DNA of 51,178 nucleotides, taken from positions 1 through 51,178 of the forward strand of contig JAUWQD010000016.1 of the NCBI GenBank assembly GCA_030611265.1, read 5' to 3'. The notes beneath the pieces are model-generated. The model saw only the letters and a program-made list of their open reading frames with translations. It ran no database searches and had not been told where the DNA came from. Source of the DNA: Methanosarcinaceae archaeon. GTDB taxonomy: Archaea; Halobacteriota; Methanosarcinia; Methanosarcinales; Methanosarcinaceae. Made by a program: the position numbers and the translations under genes. Of the stretch, positions 46,644 through 51,178 are shown in pieces; position 1 is the first letter of the stretch, and every line of letters starts with the position of its first letter.

Positions 46644-48089
46644 TTAATTATTTTTAATATTTTCTAATAAGTTCAATAATTGCTTCCGATAATATTTATC
46701 CTTTTCATAATCTAAGGCTTTTTTAATATATACTTTAGCGTTAACGAAATCCTCTTTGTTAATCAACAAGCGACTATAACTTGTACTTACCATAGTAATC
46801 CCTTTTTGATCATTCATTGTTTCTAACAATTCCAGACTATTTTTAAAAGCGTTTTCAGCTTCTCCCCATCGTGAACGTTTCTTGCTTAAAAGATTTCCAA
46901 GACTGTGATAAACCTGAGCTTTGTGATGCAATTTATCCTTTCCCAATTCCAGACTATTTTTAAAAGCGTTTTCAGCCTCTTCCCATCGTGAACGTTCCTT
47001 GCTTAAAAGAATTCCAAAACTGTGATAAACTTGAGCCTGTCCAAAAAAATCATCTACTTCTCTTAATCTCAGGCTTTGTTTATAAGCTTCTTCAGCCTCT
47101 TCCCATCGTGAACGTTTCTTGCTCAAAAGATTTCCAAGACTGTGATAAACCTGAGCTTGTCCAAAAGGATTATTTAATTTTTTGAGCAATTCCAGACTAT
47201 TTTTAAAAGCGTTTTCAGCCTCTCCCCATCGTGAACGTTCCTTGCTCAAAAGATTTCCAAGACTGTGATAAACCTGAGCTTGTCCAAAAGGATTATCTAT
47301 CTTTTCTTCTAATTCCAGGCTTTCTTTAAAAGCTTTTTCAGCTTTTTCCCAGTGCGATCGTTTCTTACTCCAAATTAGACCTACCAAATGAGCCGAAATA
47401 GCTGCATCTTTCATACTTTCGTCTGATTCACTCCTTTTTTTCCAAACGAGTGCTAAAAAAGAAATAGCTTTACCAAAATTGTTATTTTTATAGGCATATA
47501 AACCACGCATGAAATAAACATTACTTAGTTCTTCAGTCAGTGGTTTATCGGAAGGAGAAGATTTAGGAAATTTTTCTTCTATATATAAATCAATAACTCT
47601 TTCGGTTTCTTGCAGATTATATCTATTAGCCGTATCAAAAATTTGCCTGAATTTTTGAATTCCGTCTTTTTTGCTTTCTTCCATACCAATTGATAAACGT
47701 GCTATTTGAAGATCGAAATCCTCTATATCCAATGTGGGAACATTTTCCAATTCTTTCCTATGTCCTTTCATTGTTGCTAATACTTTTTGGCGAATCTCAA
47801 TTCCTGAACCATTCAGTTCTTCTAATGCATATTCTCTTATATCATCGTCAAATACCCAAGTCTTTATTGTCCTATCATGCCATATCGGAAAAGATTGAAG
47901 TTCTTCAATAAGTTTTTGAGAATTTCCATTTGCTTTTCCTGTATTATGTAATATTTTTTCTGCTAAATGATTGTTTAATAGATTTGGTACAGAAAGGACA
48001 TACAAAGATTCTCTTAATTCAGGCGAAAGTACATTTAACATATAGCCTATATCGAATTTATTTGTCATTTCAACTGACACTTGCACCAA
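46644..48089 (-). CDS. TPR-repeat protein with six near-identical ~40-aa repeats
   Basis: Repeats FGQAQVYHSLGNLLSKKRSRWEEAENAFKNSLEL. Distinct N-terminal roughly 250 aa. Overlaps the upstream gene by 20 nt. Confidence 0.7.
   Translation of the reverse strand: MVQVSVEMTNKFDIGYMLNVLSPELRESLYVLSVPNLLNNHLAEKILHNTGKANGNSQKLIEELQSFPIWHDRTIKTWVFDDDIREYALEELNGSGIEIRQKVLATMKGHRKELENVPTLDIEDFDLQIARLSIGMEESKKDGIQKFRQIFDTANRYNLQETERVIDLYIEEKFPKSSPSDKPLTEELSNVYFMRGLYAYKNNNFGKAISFLALVWKKRSESDESMKDAAISAHLVGLIWSKKRSHWEKAEKAFKESLELEEKIDNPFGQAQVYHSLGNLLSKERSRWGEAENAFKNSLELLKKLNNPFGQAQVYHSLGNLLSKKRSRWEEAEEAYKQSLRLREVDDFFGQAQVYHSFGILLSKERSRWEEAENAFKNSLELGKDKLHHKAQVYHSLGNLLSKKRSRWGEAENAFKNSLELLETMNDQKGITMVSTSYSRLLINKEDFVNAKVYIKKALDYEKDKYYRKQLLNLLENIKNN
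46829..47330. repeat. tandem ~120-bp DNA repeats inside the TPR gene
   Basis: Repeated blocks such as tctccccatcgtgaacgtt(c/t)cttgct(c/t)aaaagatttccaagactgtgataaacctgagc, at least four times. Confidence 0.6.
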
Positions 48090-48930
48090 ACTCCCTTATG
48101 TAAGGCAACAATTTTCTCTTGAATTCAGAATATCGAACTCCATCATTTATTGGATCTATCATACCTTTACAGAAATGGATATGATTTTGATTTGAACTTT
48201 CCATATATATTTTAGTTTCTTCAACAATATCATTAAATTCAAGGTATTCAGGAATATTTTGATCATAATCACTAAAATCTTTGAATTCATCGGCATTTCC
48301 TTGATTTAGAATACATATTTTTATATTTTCTAATAATGCCATTCTTCTACAAAAAAAATGTAAAAACCACTGATTAAAATCATTACTCAAACCATTAAAA
48401 CTTTTTTTCCCAAAACCAATTATAAATAAAAACGACATATCTCCGTTTAAGCTTTTAATGTCATTTATAAATTCAGTGAAAATGTAATCTATTTGTCTTT
48501 CTTTGGAAACATCTGGTGGCATTGATTCATTTAGAGATCCATATATATTTACGCTCTGACTAATACCTCCAAAGTCGATTGATCCTTCAGATGATGCTTG
48601 ATTTCCAATTTCCTGTATAATAGGTAATGGTAATTTATCATATTTTGCTTCTATGTCACGGAGAGAGTTATAAAATTTTTTAAATGTCTCCCCTTCACCT
48701 AAATTAATTGTTAATTCTTCCAGAAAAGTATATTTTTTGATTTGAACATCTGAGTCATAATGCACCCATCCGATTGAATAATCTTGAGCATTATTACTTA
48801 TCCATTCCCGAACATCCTTCAATTCCTGGGAATCAGAAATACCAAGAGCTGAAAATTTTTCATCACCTTCAAGCCATTTTTGAATGGATATTTTATAATA
48901 TCCCCGATCACACCAGAGAATTTCAGCCAT
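48070..48930 (-). CDS. hypothetical protein (middle gene of three-gene cassette operon)
   Basis: 286-aa ORF. Contains EGSIDFGGISQSVNI, the same motif as the C-terminus of the upstream small membrane protein. Confidence 0.55.
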   Translation of the reverse strand: MAEILWCDRGYYKISIQKWLEGDEKFSALGISDSQELKDVREWISNNAQDYSIGWVHYDSDVQIKKYTFLEELTINLGEGETFKKFYNSLRDIEAKYDKLPLPIIQEIGNQASSEGSIDFGGISQSVNIYGSLNESMPPDVSKERQIDYIFTEFINDIKSLNGDMSFLFIIGFGKKSFNGLSNDFNQWFLHFFCRRMALLENIKICILNQGNADEFKDFSDYDQNIPEYLEFNDIVEETKIYMESSNQNHIHFCKGMIDPINDGVRYSEFKRKLLPYIREFGASVS

Positions 48931-49226
48931 TATTTCTCACATTTATCTAAATTAAGGTCAACATTTTGGGTTATGCCTTTAAATGATATATTTCCTTTTG
49001 CTGTTGCCCCATTTCCGATAGATTGACTAATTGATTTTTTTTGTTCAAAATCATTCTTTTTTTTGTTTATTACTAAATATTTCAATATAATGCCAGCAAT
49101 AATTGTAGATATTATTACAATTAGTCCCACTTTTAATTCCAAGTTTTTAATTATAAGAATCGTATATGCAACAATCATTAAACTATATCCAACATATTCT
49201 ATTGTTTTCATATTATTTTCCTTCAT
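48930..49226 (-). CDS. small membrane protein (two TM helices) with C-terminal GNISFKGITQNVDLN motif
   Basis: 98-aa ORF whose start overlaps the stop of the next gene. Two hydrophobic helices. Confidence 0.5.
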   Translation of the reverse strand: MKENNMKTIEYVGYSLMIVAYTILIIKNLELKVGLIVIISTIIAGIILKYLVINKKKNDFEQKKSISQSIGNGATAKGNISFKGITQNVDLNLDKCEK

Positions 49227-49508
49227 AAATACCTAGGACAATGTGGCAGTGTTTCCCCTATAATTTATTAAAATTTAAAAAGATCACTTCACCCGATTAA
49301 TAATAATTTATATTATTTTGTCATCTTATATATAACTTATTTAAAAATTGAGTTTGATTATAAAGAAATCCTTATGCACCCGTTATCTGCCCCGGATTTT
49401 AGCGAAGCGGAGTCCAAGGTAGTGACGAAATATACAATATGTTCCATAAACCAACAAAAAATCCCACAAACACAGCTTTTATCACCCAAAAAACCAACAT
49501 AACCCGAT

Positions 49509-49640
49509 ATGAACCTCCGAGACCAGATGAACGGCACAATCCCTGCTCCACTTTTACACCTCACCCCAAAACGTTTCGATATCATCGGGGATGTGGCTGT
49601 CATCTCGATCCCGCCTGAACTTGATGATTTCAAGTTAAGA
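49509..49640 (+). pseudogene. 5' fragment of a Trm5/Taw2-family methyltransferase gene
   Basis: Encodes ...KRFDIIGDVAVISIPPELDDFK, homologous to RWQILGDIIIVNIPRKIDNRK in the intact gene at 22374..23390. Homology stops after about 40 residues. Confidence 0.4.
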
Positions 49641-49762
49641 TATATCATTTTTCGTAATAATATATGGTTTTGTGCAGTTTTTTCATTGTACTGCACAAAA
49701 ATAACACATTTTGTTCAATACAGTGCATAAACATTTAAACTATTGTGCAGTATACAATATTT

Positions 49763-51022
49763 ATGAGACAAAGTATACAACGACAAAAACTGGAAAAGGA
49801 ACGGGTAGCAGGTTCTGATCTTGTTAAAAGAGATGTTGCCGAGAACATAGAATCATATTTGCGCCATGACATCATAAAAGTTGTAACCGGGATAAGACGA
49901 AGTGGCAAATCCATATTTTGCTTTATGGTGCTTGATGATGTTGATTTTGGATATGTCAATTTCGATGAAAAGGAAATTGCAGAGCTGGATAATTATGACG
50001 AGATATTGAGATATGTTCAGGAATTTTATGGCGATGTTGAATTTCTTTTCCTTGATGAAATCCAGAATCTTAATAACTGGGAACTGTGGGTCAACAGCCT
50101 GCACAGAAGAGGGTACAATCTGCTCATCACAGGCTCCAATGCAAAATTACTCAGCCGTGAGCTGGCAACACATTTGACAGGCAGACACATATCTGTGGAA
50201 CTTTTTCCATTTTCATTCAAGGAATATCTGGATGCAGTTGGGTTTGACATCAAAGATGAATATATCGAAGAAGAAATTGGCATTATTCTCAATTATCTCA
50301 AAAAATATATGGAAATAGGTGGTTTTCCGGAAGTTGTAGTAAAAGGATACGATCACAAATACCTCCAGACGCTTTTCGATAGCATCATTCTCAAAGACGT
50401 TGTCCAGCGGCACAATGTGCGATATGCAGATGACCTGTATAATCTTGCCAAATTCCTTATGTCATCTTTTTCAAACGAAATATCCTACACTAAATTGAAA
50501 AATACACTGAACTTTCGGAGTGTAAATACTGTTCAGAGCTATGTCAGATACCTTGAAGACACGTATCTCATATTCCATCTGGACATGTTTTCATTCAAAC
50601 AAAGAGAGCAGATTAAATCTCCAAAAAAGATGTATGTCATAGATACCGGAATGGCAAATGCCGTATCATTCAAATTTTCGGAGGACATCGGAAATATGAT
50701 GGAGAATACCGTTGCAGTGGAACTCTTAAGACAAAAATCGAACTCAATTTCACGTATTGAGGTATATTACTGGAAAGATACACAGCACCGCGAAATTGAT
50801 TTTGTCATCAAGGAAGGACCGGACATATCACAATTGATACAAGTATGTTATAATATTAATGATCTAAAGACAAGAGAACGGGAATTGAGATCGCTTGTCG
50901 GGGCAGCAAAAGAATTGAATTGCAATAATCTTCTTGTAATTACATGGGATTATGATAATACAGAAGAATACAATGGCAACAGTATCCGATATGTGCCGCT
51001 TTGGAAATGGTTGCAAAAATAG
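49763..51022 (+). CDS. COG1373-type AAA ATPase (AAA_14 plus DUF4143-like C-terminal domain)
   Basis: Walker A VVTGIRRSGKS. Walker B FLFLDEIQ. C-terminal domain of the kind found in archaeal COG1373 proteins. Start taken at the internal ATG. Confidence 0.65.
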   Translation: MRQSIQRQKLEKERVAGSDLVKRDVAENIESYLRHDIIKVVTGIRRSGKSIFCFMVLDDVDFGYVNFDEKEIAELDNYDEILRYVQEFYGDVEFLFLDEIQNLNNWELWVNSLHRRGYNLLITGSNAKLLSRELATHLTGRHISVELFPFSFKEYLDAVGFDIKDEYIEEEIGIILNYLKKYMEIGGFPEVVVKGYDHKYLQTLFDSIILKDVVQRHNVRYADDLYNLAKFLMSSFSNEISYTKLKNTLNFRSVNTVQSYVRYLEDTYLIFHLDMFSFKQREQIKSPKKMYVIDTGMANAVSFKFSEDIGNMMENTVAVELLRQKSNSISRIEVYYWKDTQHREIDFVIKEGPDISQLIQVCYNINDLKTRERELRSLVGAAKELNCNNLLVITWDYDNTEEYNGNSIRYVPLWKWLQK

Positions 51023-51024
51023 AT

Positions 51025-51178
51025 GTTTCTATATGCAACGCACTTTCCGCAGGTAAATCTCAAAAGTGAATCTTTTTCTTAAATAAAAAATGATGCCGCA
51101 TGAGTACGGTTTTTAAAATATGCTCACAACTGGTTTAGAATGATATATATCAATTTTCTACCGAAGTTTGCAAATTAT
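51025..51178 (+). mobile_element. probable end of another IS copy (shared 45-nt subterminal segment) running off the window
   Basis: 51033..51077 (ATGCAACGCACTTTCCGCAGGTAAATCTCAAAAGTGAATCTTTTT) matches the reverse complement of 3936..3980, beside the truncated transposase, with 2 mismatches in 45. Confidence 0.35.

Noticed and set aside
43517-49500. Integron-like gene-cassette array (attC sites)
   Set aside because: The delimiters are copies of a gene 3' end rather than imperfect attC palindromes, and no IntI is present. Repeated integrative-element insertion fits better.
49358-49696. 112-aa minus-strand ORF at the right end of the cassette array
   Set aside because: It overlaps the Trm5-fragment region and intergenic DNA and has no motifs. 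It is likely non-coding.
1-51178. CRISPR arrays, rRNA and tRNA genes
   Set aside because: No regularly spaced direct repeats, no rRNA-like conserved blocks and no tRNA T-loop or acceptor-stem patterns were found by eye. tRNAscan or Infernal would be decisive.

Overview
This window looks like an archaeal chromosome segment, most likely from a Methanosarcinales-type methanogen. Supporting genes are mch, a DmrX-like flavoprotein-ferredoxin, Trm1, Trm5/Taw2, archaeal UMP kinase, Asd, PGF-CTERM surface proteins, an archaeal DUF1628 pilin-like protein and an XPD helicase. Four things stand out.

- **IS debris, 1.0-4.3 kb:** Two convergent IS4/IS1634-like transposase genes, one of them truncated, sit beside the 3' half of a YqaA/DedA-family gene. 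A related 45-nt IS end recurs at the right edge of the window.
- **Candidate membrane-remodelling cluster, 4.3-15 kb:** The genes here are a small ribbon-helix-helix gene, an ESCRT-III/Snf7-like gene with a C-terminal MIM-like helix, a MIT-AAA Vps4-like ATPase, an SPFH/flotillin-like protein, a PEGA/CARDB surface protein, a polytopic membrane protein, a HEAT-repeat protein, and two unknown proteins, one of them with a winged-helix-like C-terminus. Four of these otherwise unrelated proteins end in the same roughly 25-residue zinc ribbon (CPxCG-x7-9-KFCxECG). Two of the four share an identical HYGDNIGTQVKDS linker before it. Two share a CARDB-like plus unknown cytoplasmic module. This is my top candidate for an undescribed system.
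- **Core-type region, 15-43 kb:** Mostly core metabolism, tRNA-modification and transport genes with HicAB and an OpuC-type osmoprotectant ABC transporter. It also holds a start-codon anomaly (ATC where ATG is expected), a 70-nt intergenic element present twice, and a cluster of perfect hairpins.
- **Cassette array, 43.5-49.6 kb:** An AT-rich array inserted at the 3' end of the opuCD-like permease gene, delimited by three copies of the gene's last 140-250 nt. This is the signature of repeated site-specific integration into a protein-coding gene. The cassettes carry a membrane-anchored PD-(D/E)xK nuclease-like protein, a HicA-like protein and a three-gene operon whose TPR protein has tandem repeats. 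Two proteins of that operon share a 16-residue motif.

No tRNA, rRNA or CRISPR array was detected by eye.
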